DNA of 57,148 nucleotides, filler included, from Sphacelaria rigidula (taxonomy: Eukaryota): the NCBI GenBank assembly GCA_964200075.2. It is 4 parts of 4 records of this genome, joined end to end, with 100 filler letters (N's around TTAATTAATTAA, not from the genome) between each part and the next. Parts side by side here need not be neighbours in the genome. Positions count along the whole stretch, not along the records: positions 1 to 14,214 come from CAXNAA020002380.1; 3 more parts are not named here. One strand, 5' to 3'. This document shows positions 1 to 10,885 of the stretch, in pieces. Numbering within the stretch: position 1 is the first letter of the stretch; the number at the start of each line of letters is the position of its first letter. The notes under the pieces were generated by a model. It searched no databases, had not been told where the DNA came from, and saw nothing but the letters and a program-made list of their open reading frames with translations. A program made the position numbers and the translations under genes.

Positions 1-71
1 TAGAATCGTTAGGAGCCCCTGAATCAGACAAAATTTCGCGAAAAAAGTGCACCCCTACCGTAGCATTGCTC
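1..71. mobile_element. 3' end of a TIR MITE, truncated by the contig start (same family as 7268-7531)
   Basis: Seen: AATCGTTAGGAGCCCCTGAATCAGACA...GTGCACCCCTACCGTAGCATTGCTC is near-identical to 7464-7531, including the right TIR. Confidence 0.75.
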
Positions 72-2816
72 GTTTTCCTTGTTTGTCGCCTCCTTATGCA
101 CAGAATCCCAAAACACTTTTTTTCGCTCGTTCCTGGGGCAAGTACCTTTCGGGGGGAAAATGTGGCTTCCGATTTGGACAGTTCTTGGTATTTGCCCGAG
201 ATGTTTCTGTTTCTTTCGAAGCAAAAATAATTGACGAAGTTACTGAGGAGAAACTTGATGAGGAATATAACTTTGTTCGCTATTGAATGCGATAAGCAAC
301 CTGTTGGTTTTGAAATGGAGTGCAGCAAACTCTTCCTTTCATCCATACCTCCAAGTCAACTTGCTTTCTAGAAAAACAGAGTTTCACAAAATATCGTACA
401 TTCTGTTTTGCCCTTCAGTGACACGCTCTCCCCCCTCCCACATACATATACGTCCACACACACACCAGTACTACTGTAAGTGACCAACCAAACGTTCTGC
501 TGGGCCCACACGACGCCATGAGCGAGGGAAAAGGCATGCAAGAGGGCGAGGCTACCCTACATGGCTAAAATTTGCAACGTAGGGGTAGGTTTGGGTAATT
601 TTGGACAGGTGCACTCAGGTGTAATCTGTGATGTCGCGGCTGTACAATATGTTGCGCGTATTGCGAGTCGTGAATGTTCGCTGTCTCGCCCGGATGTGCT
701 GTTTCTGACGGTGCGCGTGGTCAATATCGTGTAAATGTTGCTGATTGCGGCCGCGGTTCGGACGGTGGCCGTGGACGCGGAATATATTCAAAAGCTACTC
801 GAAGTAAGTGTTACATTTCTCTTTATGCCCGCTCCGTCATCTACGTTCGTTGGCAACGGCTGGGACGCCCGACCTCTCTCAAGGGCCGCGGGCAACAAAC
901 CCACGAACCTGTACGTTACCACCGAGGAACAAGTGCGAAGAGCGAACAAAGCGCGTCGTCGCTACCTTTCCGAGAAGGTACGAATGGCTGGGGGGCGGGC
1001 AATGCTCCCATTCCCTACTTACCTTGGTCGACGTTAGAGCACAGGGCGTGGTCGATCGCTTTAAAGGCCAAGTATGTTGACGAAAATCATGGAGTTGAAT
1101 AACTTTATGAGCTGCGCCAGTAGCTTGTGTGAACGTTTTGGCTTGCCAATAGGGGACAGCGCGACGTAGCCGCTGCATTATCTGCTATGCGCGACAATGT
1201 TGCCCATGGATGAAGCCGTGTGAAAAAAATATAAAATACTGGACACATCCCGCTGTCCGTAGGCTCGGCAAAAGGCCATGTTCTTGGGTGTAGAGTGGGG
1301 ATCCTACTGGGTAAGGCTCTCCATGGTCTGTGTCATCTGGCATCAATGACCCGTACATGCTCTGGCTGCACGTGAGGTAAACGACGAACACTTGACAGTA
1401 TCCGCTCACCTGCATCGGAAGGAACGCTACCGTATCCGCCATTTCGTATCCTTATGCTGTTGCTCGGTGCCTTACTCCGGCGCATCGCCGATCGTCGCAT
1501 CATCAGCCTCTCCCAATCTACGTAGCCTTGCACACGCGAACGCAGAGAAGGGGGTCTCAAATGGACAAGGCCTAGAAACGACTGCCTTTTCCACCACTAC
1601 AGGATGGGGGCTTTGTGGCTTCCACTGTGAATATGATGGGGGGAAGTGAGGATATCGGCCCGATGATCTAGAGTGGACTGAGTGCTTTGGCAGGCAGAGA
1701 CAGGGATTCGCATAGTGGCGTCCAAGGGGTCACGGCGGATTTCACGCCGGCAGCAATCGACAACGCAAGGTCAAGTACCGGTAGAAAGCCATATGATCGG
1801 CTTATTGCTTCGCGGCTTGTTGCGCATTGTTGACTTTCCTCAATGTACCGGTTCATCGCCTGACGACTCGTGGTGCGTTGTTGACTTTCCTCAATGTTCA
1901 TCGCGTGACAGGTAGCCACCCCCACTTCGTGTATCGCAACGGCTCGCGCTCCCGCGGGCAAAGCGTTGAGTGTTTCGAGCGGAGGAAGCGCCATTCGGTG
2001 TATCGCGAAGCAACATGGTCAGATGCGTGACGGAGGGTTCTTGACCGCTTGGTGTCGTACGTCGTGACTGCTCGTTGGTTCCGAACTCCCCTGATTTTTT
2101 TTCTTCTGTTTTCGACACATTCTCCAAGAGCGGGCAGGGAATTTCCAATGCCCCCTTGGGTTTCGTACGATGCGGTTTCGTACGATGCACAACAGACTCT
2201 GAAAGTACACCTGTTGCCTCTTGTATTTTTCACCTGTACGCAGTTCAAGAACAATCAAGAGGATCTCCGTGACAGTTTGATTTTCAAGATCTTCCGTTGT
2301 ATGGCGGTGTTCGACACCGCAAAAAACGGCAGAAGTATCAGCGACTTGCGGGACGCGACGAATTGATTTCTCGGGAGGTCCTGGTGAGGACTGACGGCGC
2401 ACCGCTAGTGAGAAACCTTTGGAGCAACCTCTGCAGAAATCGGCGGCAAGAGGCTGAAGTATGATTCGCCCTGTCTGGTTGTCTGAGTCGACAGGCCCTC
2501 GACGCACAGCAAGGGGTCCCACAGTACCACCGTAGCATGCCCAACCACATCTCTTGCTCGCGGTACGACCGCTCTATACTTCAGCACACCCGCTTCTGTA
2601 TGCCCGTACGACGGAACTGTTTTCACTGCGTTGGTAGAGCTATACACTGGCCGGTTTCGTCTGTACCTATCTTCATCTGCCTCCCGCCCCCATCACCGAG
2701 GGGGGACTCCACTTGTGAGTGTTGCGGGTATTTCTCTCTCCAAACGTGAAATGCATGCCTCATCTCCACTGTAGTTGTTGTGTTGGACACAGGCGTCCCA
2801 TGATAAAATTGGTCTC

Positions 2817-2955
2817 TACCAAGTTGTAACTTGTAAACTTATGAAACACTTGAATGGATTTTTGTGCTCGAGGTGGGAACGCACTGTTGTGTTGGCCCTT
2901 TGCGTTATACAAAAATACACTCAAGTGTTTCATATTTCATGAGTTGTAGTCGGTA
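2817..2955. repeat. Short hairpin / small MITE-like inverted repeat
   Basis: Seen: 2840-2865 TATGAAACACTTGAATGGATTTTTGT pairs with 2909-2934 (2 mismatches in 26 bp), with weaker pairing further out. Confidence 0.6.
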
Positions 2956-3074
2956 AAAATCAGTTGTGTTATCAAGGACAAAGTTTGATTTCCAGCCTAG
3001 CTTGCCAGGGGAAGGGGGAGAAAGGCGCCTGCCTCCTCGTTTCATGCCCTGCTACCGTCAAACCACATGTCCCC

Positions 3075-3664
3075 CCATGCGGATGACGATCTCCAGGTGT
3101 TCCATGTCTGAGCCAGCTCGGCCAGCGCAGCAGCGAATCAGGACAACGTTGGCCACCTGGGTGATCGTGTACAGTGCGGGCATGGTGGTCTACATCCATA
3201 ACAGAAAATGACAGCGACGTGTACGAAGTGTACGATTGTCAAGAGATCGACATCAGGTCAAGCGCGAAGGGGCACAAGTGTGTACTCATGATCTTGAGAG
3301 ATCAGGAGTAGTGTCATCAAGGAAACGCCTGTTTTCCGCCTCGCCAGTGTCGGATGGAGGGAAGCGGATGGTCGGAGGAGGCATTGTGTGTGACCGCTGA
3401 GTTTCTTCAGCGTGTCGAAGTTTCGTGGACAGGCTGCGGATACCGGTCCTTAGGATTTTCATGTCCGAGCCAGCTCGGCTAGCGCAGCAGCGAGTCCGGA
3501 CAACGTTCGCCTCTTGGACGACCTTGTCCTCATCGCACAGCGCAGGCATGATGGTCTGCAGACATCCCTGGAAAACGACAGCGAGATGTACAAGGTGTAC
3601 GATAATTCGGAAAGACCGACAGGAGGTCCAACGCAAAGGAGGATAAGTGTGTACTAATGATCTT
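3075..3664. repeat. Two diverged tandem partial copies of the unit that forms the centre of the adjacent large inverted repeat
   Basis: Seen: ATGTCYGAGCCA...GGACAACGTT...GTGTGTACTMATGATC recurs at ~3103-3293, ~3461-3662, ~4370-4571 and, inverted, at ~4590-4790. Confidence 0.85.
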
Positions 3665-3695
3665 TCCTTGAGAGCGATTCCTACTTGCGCACCCG

Positions 3696-5464
3696 CCCCG
3701 TGTCACCGTCGTGTCAGGCTTGCAAGGCTAGCGATTTCCTCTTGTCGTTCTTGTTGTTGGTTATTAATCTAAGGCTCGCCACCAATATCATCCTTGGATG
3801 CCGACTCGCTGGAATTACGGCCTGTTCATCCGTTGGTTCCGACCCGTCCGACCAGCCCTTGGAAGCGTTTCTGCCGTATCCAGCTCCGCCTTGGCCTTCC
3901 GGAGTATCCGTTGCTGTGTGCTGTGACGAATGCGCAGCAAGTTTGGTAAATGTTGGGGACATCGTCGTACCCTTCGGTGGCCCACGAGACGACGTGATCC
4001 TCGCAAGCCGCTTCAGCAAAGTGCCGACCACATGCGAGGCACGCCCTACGCCGAGGTCTTCCGATCTCGTTACCCGCCCCACCCCCTCTGGAGCGATCCT
4101 TGCTGTCGCAGCCGAACACGGACCCACCAACGCCGGTCTTTCTGGGCGACAGATTGCAACAACCATCAATGGTGATGTATGGTCCGCTGATGCGATTTGC
4201 ACATCTGGGAAACTTGCACGTGTCAGCAAGGTTACGCCTGTTCTCTTACCCATCAGTGTTGGATGGAGGGGAGCTGATGGTGCGCGGGGGTCTTGCGCGT
4301 GGCCGCCGAGTATCCTCAGCACGTCGAAGCTCCTTGGACAAGATGCGGATAGCTGTCCTTAGATTTTTTATGTCCGAGCCATCGCCGCTAGCTCGGCAGC
4401 GAGCCGGGACAACGTTCACCACCCGTCTTATCTTGTCTGCGTCGCACAGTGCAGGTATGATGGTCTGCAGACATCACGGGAAAACGGCAGCGGGGTGTGC
4501 GAGGTATACGAGCATTTGGAGAGACCGATATGAGGCCAAACGCAAAGGAGCATGAGTGTGTTACTCATGATATTTGAAATATGACAAAGATCATGAGTAC
4601 ACACTCATGCTCCTTTGCGTTGGGCCTCCTTTGGGTTTCTCCGAATGTTCGTATACCTCGTACACCCCGCTGCCGCTCTCCCGTGATGTCTGTAGACCAT
4701 CATGATCGCACTGTGCGACGCGGGCAAGATAAGACAGGTGGTGAACGTTATTCCGCCTCGCTGCCGAGCTACAGGCGATGGTTCGGACATCAGAACCTAG
4801 GGACCGCTATCCGCATCGTGTCTGAAAACCTTCGACACGCTGAAACAACTCAGCGGCCACGCACAAGACCTTCGCGGACCATCCGCTCCCCTCCATCCAA
4901 CACCGATGGGGAAGAGAACAGGCGTAACCTTGCTGACACGTACAAGTTTCCCAGATGTGCAAGTCGCATCAGCGAACTAGACATCACCATTGATGGTGCT
5001 TACAACAATATTGCCCTGAAAGACCGGCGTTGGCGGGTCGGTTGGCGGGTCCGACAGTAAGGATCGCTCCAGAGGGGGTGGGGCGGGTAACGAGATCGGA
5101 AGACCTCGGCGTGGGGCGTGCCTCGCATGTGGCCGGCACTTTGCTGAAGCAGCCTGCGAGCATCACGCCGTCTCGTGCGCCACCGAAGGGTTCGACGATG
5201 TCCCAAGCATGGCCAAACCTGCTGCGCATCCATTGGAGCACGCGGCACCCGATACTGCGGAAGGGCAGGGCGGAGCTGGATACGGCAGAGACTTTTCCAA
5301 GGACTGGTCGGGCGGGTCGGAACCAACAGCCGAAAATATCGTAATTCCAGCGAGTCGGCGTCGGAGGATGATATTGGTGGGGGATTTGGGGACGATCACC
5401 AGCAACAAGAACAACGAGGGGAAAGCGCTGACCTTGCTGAGCCTGATACGATGGCGACACGGGG
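3696..5464. repeat. Large inverted repeat: ~880-bp arms (3696-4576 and 4585-5464) with an 8-bp spacer
   Basis: Seen: TACTCATGATATTTG-aaatatga-CAAAGATCATGAGTA at the centre. The arms align throughout, e.g. 4201-4260 vs the reverse complement of ~4899-4958 has 3 mismatches. Confidence 0.92.
5119..5178 (+). pseudogene. C2HC zinc-finger motif (CX2CX11HX3C) in decayed coding sequence; mirror copy at 3982-4041 on the minus strand has Cys->Trp
   Basis: Seen: translation CLACGRHFAEAACEHHAVSC; mirror copy CLACGRHFAEAACEDHVVSW. Established: this spacing is that of zf-C2HC/UBZ-type fingers. Flanking frames contain stops and frameshifts. Confidence 0.55.
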
Positions 5465-7267
5465 GAATAGTGATTCACAAACAGGCATTGTTCTTGGTAG
5501 GGTTCTGACGCGACACGTAGTGTTGGGGTCAGCGCGCAGCCGTGGGGTGGTCGCGATCGCGTGCACCTCGGGCATGACACGGCGTCGAGCATACACCTTG
5601 TGCTCATAGCCTCGCCTTACGTGAAACCCTATGCAGCAGAGAGGCAAGCAACTCCATGTATGCATATTTGTGCCACCCTCGTAGAGTTTTCTTCTCCCTC
5701 CGTTCGTAGATTGATCAAATCCTGTTGTCGACCACCATATGCAGAACACTTCGAGCTGCCATGATACAGGGTGAATGGGGTCTCCAGAACCAACCTGAAC
5801 GCTTGCAGTCTCCAATCAAGCATACCTGTAGGACAGACGCATTAGCGCCGGTTTTTGTGTCCAACTGAGGCGTGCTTGTGCCATTTTGTACGTCGATGAC
5901 AAAGACTGGACTTCCGGACTAGGGTTCCGCATGTCGCTAGGGCGAGAACAAAAGAAACCAGAGAATGAAGAAGAGGGAAAGTAGAGATCGCAAGAGGGTG
6001 AGCGAATGCTCCTTCGTGTGCCCTTCGCCCATCCCCCCGTCCCTCGCCCGCCCCCTCGCCCCCTCCCGACACAATAAAAACGAACGGCATAAAAAGGGTG
6101 AAACCAACACCTCCACTCCCATTTGTGTATCAGCTTCAAGAGAGAGCTGAGATACAGCCTCGTGGCTCCACTGCATGTGCACCCGAGAGGCATCGGCCAC
6201 GGTGATGGGTGTGGATGGTGATGATGGTCATGACGGTCGATTGACCATCCTCAACAGTATTGAACATGTTGGTTCTGGAACGTGTTAGGAACTAATCTGA
6301 GCGCTTGCTAGAAAACTGTTTCGAAAGGCAAAATGTCAATCTTCTGCGACATTTTAGGCAAGCTGTTCTGTATGAACAGATTTTCGACAACATTTTTGGA
6401 TATTGTTTTAAGTCAAGTACAATATCTATCAACAAGTAGGCAACTGCTCCAAGTTTTAAGCCGAATGCAATATCTGACGACGTGATGGAAATCGTTCTAA
6501 ATCGAATGCAATATTGGACAACGTATTAGATCTATCTCCAAGTGAGCAAATGATCCATGTTCTGTGCTGTCAAACGCGTGTGGTAATCATAACCAACCTC
6601 CAAACTTCAAAAACAGGCATAGTCGATACAGTATAGTACGGTGCAGTGGTACAGCGCCGCACAGTGCAGGGCAGTGTAGTGCAGTGCAGTGCAGTCAGTG
6701 CCGTGCACCAATCCGTCGTGAGACGCGCGTGGCTCATGTGACGGCGCCACCTTTATAGTTGGATAGTGTCATTGGCATCCATGGGTCAAGTCCGATAGTC
6801 CTACAGTTTTCTCTCCTGTCTACTTCTTGGAAACAAATGATTTCTAATGAACTCGTCCCTTTCACATGACTCGAGATGCCGATAGCTGATTTCCTATGTA
6901 CCTTCTGTATCGCGGCACAGCATTTACCCACTGATCACATTGCGTTTGAGATATCCGCTCTCGTCTGCGTCGAAACCCATGTGAGCGACCCTAGTCCAAG
7001 AACAGGCCATACTCCTGGTGCCTCCTCCACGTCGAACTCATCGAGTCTTACACCTGCCGAAAGTGAAATACTTTCCCTACTTCCTACTCAGACTGCTCGG
7101 CTAACTTCTCGTCGTAAGCGCAAGCCTGCTGCGCTATCTCGAAAGTGACTCCCCCCGTGTTTTTCACGTGAAGACACCCCGCATACCCCTGAAGTCACCC
7201 GAGATTTGTTCGGGAACCATTATCTTGAGATCCCTACCAAATTGGCCACAGCTTTTACTCTTTGCCA

Positions 7268-7531
7268 GAGGGATACTACGGTAGGGGTGGACAAATATTT
7301 TCTGAGATAGTATTTCTATATTTGTTAGGAGCCCTTAATCTCATCCAAAACACGACTTATGAAAAATGTGAGAGTGCGCCAGGATTACTATCCCAATTTG
7401 CTGAGAATATCCCAACTGAATATCCAAACGAGGATGTCCTGGCCCATATTCTTGTGCATCTCAAATCGTTAGGAGCCCCTGAATCAGACAACATTTCGCG
7501 CAAAAAGTGCACCATTACCGTAGTATTGCTC
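7268..7531. mobile_element. Non-autonomous TIR element (MITE), GAG...CTC termini, possible 4-bp TSD GCCA
   Basis: Seen: left GAGGGATACTACGGTAGGGGTGGAC vs reverse complement of right GAGCAATACTACGGTAATGGTGCAC. GCCA flanks both sides (7264-7267, 7532-7535). Two internal TTAGGAGCCC motifs. Relatives at 1-71 and ~55420-55680. Confidence 0.75.
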
Positions 7532-7653
7532 GCCATAACGAATATATAATCGACACGTACAACATAAATCATGACCACCTTTCCTTGGTCCATCAGGCGA
7601 AGAGCACGAACATCCGCTAAACAATAAAGACAATGACCGTAAGATTATCTTCG

Positions 7654-8009
7654 AAAATGAGGTTCAAGATTCAAGTACGGCTTCTCTCCAAAACAACGCT
7701 TTTCCTGTCCTATATTCATGACAAATAACTTCCATATGGACGGCGTCATACCCCGCGACCTCCCTGAAACAATTTTGGGGGTTTCCCGTCTTTCATTCCC
7801 CAAAGGGTGTGTGCAAATGATTCTTCTTTCCTCGGCAGGGACGCTTTTAGACCGAAAATGGTGCTTTCGCATATACCCTTTGAGGGAACAAAAGGCAGTC
7901 AGTAAACTCCCGAAAGCAGTTTCAGGGAGGTCGTGAGGTCGTCCATATGAAGTCGTTTCTCAATACTTTTAGGACGGAGGAAACAATGTTTTGGAGTCAC
8001 ACCTCATTT
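7654..8009. mobile_element. Foldback (palindromic) MITE
   Basis: Seen: AAATGAGGT...CTCCAAAACA at the left mirrors TGTTTTGGAG...ACCTCATTT at the right; inner arms GACCTCCCTGAAAC / GTTTCAGGGAGGTC. Homologous copy at ~49797-50155. Confidence 0.8.
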
Positions 8010-9008
8010 GAATCTTTAAGCTTGTTGTCGAGTAAAATTTCTCGAACATCGTCTATATTCCGCATGCCATTGCCATGGGGCTCCATGTGTTCTATTTTTG
8101 TTATGCTCGGCATTCGATGAGTCATCCTCCTTTCTTTGTGTTCTTAGATTCTGTGACCCCTTGCGTTGACATGACGTTGTGGACCAGCCTTCAAGACGCA
8201 TAACAAGCAGCTAGCCTGTTCGCTAATTAATACAAGAGCATCTACGCCATCTTTGGGACTGCTTCTTAAACGTTACTCTGGTCTTCGTTTGAAGCAAGCT
8301 TGTCTTGCATGCAGCTGATGATGTTGCTTCCATGTTTGTACCGTCGCTTACGCTGCGTTTGTGCTTGGAACGTTATGCGTACCGTCGGGCTCGTACAGGC
8401 CGGCTGGTGCAAGAAGGTGCATGAGTATGATGATGCTTGGGCGCCCCCGAACTGATGCCCTTCCATTCTAGACCAAAGTCACCGACCTTTGATATTTCCC
8501 CCCGGACTTGCGGTTTTCGCGAGCTCTCCATCCACGGTTTTATGCCGACCTGGTGGTACCACTTGAAACAGGAAAAAAAGTGACTGCGACGATTCTTCAC
8601 CAAGTTTGAAAGTTGGGGCTTGAAATTTCGAGGAGCGGAGCGCCTGCGCCATTGGACGGCCACCACTGGTGGCCTTCTCAATCCTCTCTATTCTTGCACT
8701 CGAGCGGATTTCAGATAGATCATCGAAAGAAACATTCGCCTTTATTCAAGGAACAAAAATCACAACAGCCCAATAGTGATGTCCCTTCGAATGGTTGTAG
8801 GTGCGCTCCTCCCCTCAAAATTCCGTATCCCCGTTCTCAAACCCTTGGTGGACAACCAAAGATGTTTTACCGCGTAGGTTTGCAGATTCCCATAGGTATG
8901 GACATTCCACGTATCACCGTGGATGTGTAGATTCACTCCCCAACATTTGTTCCGGTTATAACGTTCAAGCGGCAACTAGTTGGGGGGGCGGAATAACCAT
9001 CGTTGCTC

Positions 9009-9256
9009 TGGGACAAAAATACGTCGTTACATTGCGTTGGTGGTTATGATATGGATAATGACCGTTGGTAGTGATGATTTGGATAATGACCGGGGACACC
9101 AGGTTGATGCACTGGTGTGTTTTACTGGGTGCCTTGGAAGGTCACTCCTGGATAATGAGAATGTTATAAAGGCTGACAACTGAAACTGAGGCCAGTAAGA
9201 CTGGGGACTTCCTCAACAACAGTGATCCAACCGTGCTTCCACTGGCTGGCGTCACG
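9009..9256 (+). repeat. 5' LTR
   Basis: Seen: TGGGACAAAAATACG...GCGTCACG aligns with the 3' LTR. It is followed by a degenerate PBS-like CGATATCAGTGCTAG (compare the tRNA-iMet PBS TGGTATCAGAGC; inference). Confidence 0.9.
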
Positions 9257-9406
9257 ATATCGATATCAGTGCTAGTGCTGGTGTTAGCGCTAGAAATCTT
9301 CTGAAAGGAATTAGACGGAAGGAGTTTGGTAGCTGTGGAAACCTGATAACCCACGGACGCGTGGACAGGGTTCCAGCTGAGGCGGCTGCGGAAAGGCGGC
9401 TGGCCT

Positions 9407-10885
9407 GTGATTGATCCAGACAGGGGACTTGCTGAAGCTGCGTGCAGCGGGAGTTGGGAGGCTCCTACCACTGTGTGGTGCGGCGACGAAGCAAGGAAAG
9501 TGCCATTTGCGAAGGTCCGCTGGCCTGCAGAGGTTCGCAGGGAGCCGGTTACAGCTACAGCTATGGCTACCGGCTCACGAGGTATGTCCACCGTGACACC
9601 CGTGGTCATGCGGGAAGAATTGCGACTTCCCCAATACGGGGACAGGTACTCAGAGAGTACATCTCGCACTTTTGTTGCAAAATACTTAGAGTACAAGAAG
9701 CGTGTGGAGCACGCTCATGCAGGGGGTGCCGTGCGGCATCAGGTGGTGACTATGGCTCAACAAGTGCCGACTCATATACAGAGAGTGTTTGTTTGTTTGG
9801 AACAAAACGAGAGCACCATCACCTCGCCGCAATTGCTTGCGATCAAAAACCATGCTGGGCATGCGGCGGGCGCCGAGGTAAATCTGACCCAAGCGTCCGC
9901 GGCCGTGGCGAAAGCTGTCGCCATGGATTCTCGGGGGAAAACGGTGTTGGAGCGTGTGGAGCTCATCTTGGTTTATTTGGAGAAGCACTTCACGGACAAT
10001 CCGAACGTAGAACTAGTATATCGTTCCCCCGATGGTGAGTTTATTCCCGGCCCGGCAGCAGTGATCACTAAGGCTATGGTGGAGGAGTTGGCACCGGAAA
10101 TTTTCAAGCAAGCCGTGCTTGTCATGCTGCAGCACCAAATAGATTGGAAGGACGACCCGTGCCTGGTGATGAGCACCGTCGTGGCCGAGGCCAAGGAGTG
10201 GCGGAAAATAGAGGTGTTCGGCCACTCGTCCACCTCTTCGCCGAAATCTTTGCGCAACCATGGCTCGAAATCGGCTGGTCGCACCGCGAGTATTACTTGC
10301 CACCGCTGTGGACAGGTCGGCCATTACGCGCGCGATTGCCCAACATCTTCCGGTGGAGAGTCTGGGCAGTCTAGTGCCGCTCGCCATCAGCATCGTCAAC
10401 ACAAGGGCAAAAGACGAGGTAATTGTGGTGGCGGCGGCGGCGGATCCTCCGGCGATGGAGGGTCACAGGCGAGCCCTCAGCAGCAGCCGCAACAGCAGCA
10501 GAATCAGCAGCAACAGGGGCAGCGACGTCAGCATGGGCCTGGCTCTGGGTCCGGCGCCGCCGTAGGTGCTGTTGCTCCGCACCGGGCGGTGCAGGTGGGT
10601 CCGACTTCTACAGAGTCGGACACTGCGCCGGCGCCGGTGGTTGCGCCGGCGGCGACACCGGCAGCAGCGCCAGGCGCGACGCCTGTTGACACGCTGGTCG
10701 GAGGGTCGCCAAATTCTTGGTTTGCTGGCTGGGGGGCGTACCCGCCGCCGGTGACGTTTGAACCTGCCGGGGCGTGTTCGCCTGCGGAGCTTGCGCAGCC
10801 GTGGCGTCAAGTGGGATTAGCGGCGCATAGGTCAGCGGAAGAAGTTCCCGTGGAGCTTGTCGACAGATACATTCCGGCGGAGTAA
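9407..10885 (+). CDS. gag: Retrotransposon Gag with CCHC zinc knuckle (true start probably further downstream)
   Basis: Seen: 492-codon ORF with CHRCGQVGHYARDC (CX2CX4HX4C) and a Gly/Gln-rich tail, located inside the LTRs. The TAA stop is in frame with pol. Confidence 0.85.
   Translation: MIDPDRGLAEAACSGSWEAPTTVWCGDEARKVPFAKVRWPAEVRREPVTATAMATGSRGMSTVTPVVMREELRLPQYGDRYSESTSRTFVAKYLEYKKRVEHAHAGGAVRHQVVTMAQQVPTHIQRVFVCLEQNESTITSPQLLAIKNHAGHAAGAEVNLTQASAAVAKAVAMDSRGKTVLERVELILVYLEKHFTDNPNVELVYRSPDGEFIPGPAAVITKAMVEELAPEIFKQAVLVMLQHQIDWKDDPCLVMSTVVAEAKEWRKIEVFGHSSTSSPKSLRNHGSKSAGRTASITCHRCGQVGHYARDCPTSSGGESGQSSAARHQHRQHKGKRRGNCGGGGGGSSGDGGSQASPQQQPQQQQNQQQQGQRRQHGPGSGSGAAVGAVAPHRAVQVGPTSTESDTAPAPVVAPAATPAAAPGATPVDTLVGGSPNSWFAGWGAYPPPVTFEPAGACSPAELAQPWRQVGLAAHRSAEEVPVELVDRYIPAE

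Noticed and set aside
670..2000. Possible spliced gene fragments (e.g. AVDAEYIQKLLE|gtaagt)
   Set aside because: I could not build a consistent exon chain on either strand; there are stops in all joins and no recognisable domain.
10883..10885. In-frame TAA between gag and pol as a programmed read-through site
   Set aside because: The context (TAA-TGT) is not a known leaky stop. It sits 16 codons before the protease DSG in what looks like protease lead-in (IPAE*CLP, plausibly TTA->TAA), and the element has other inactivating lesions.
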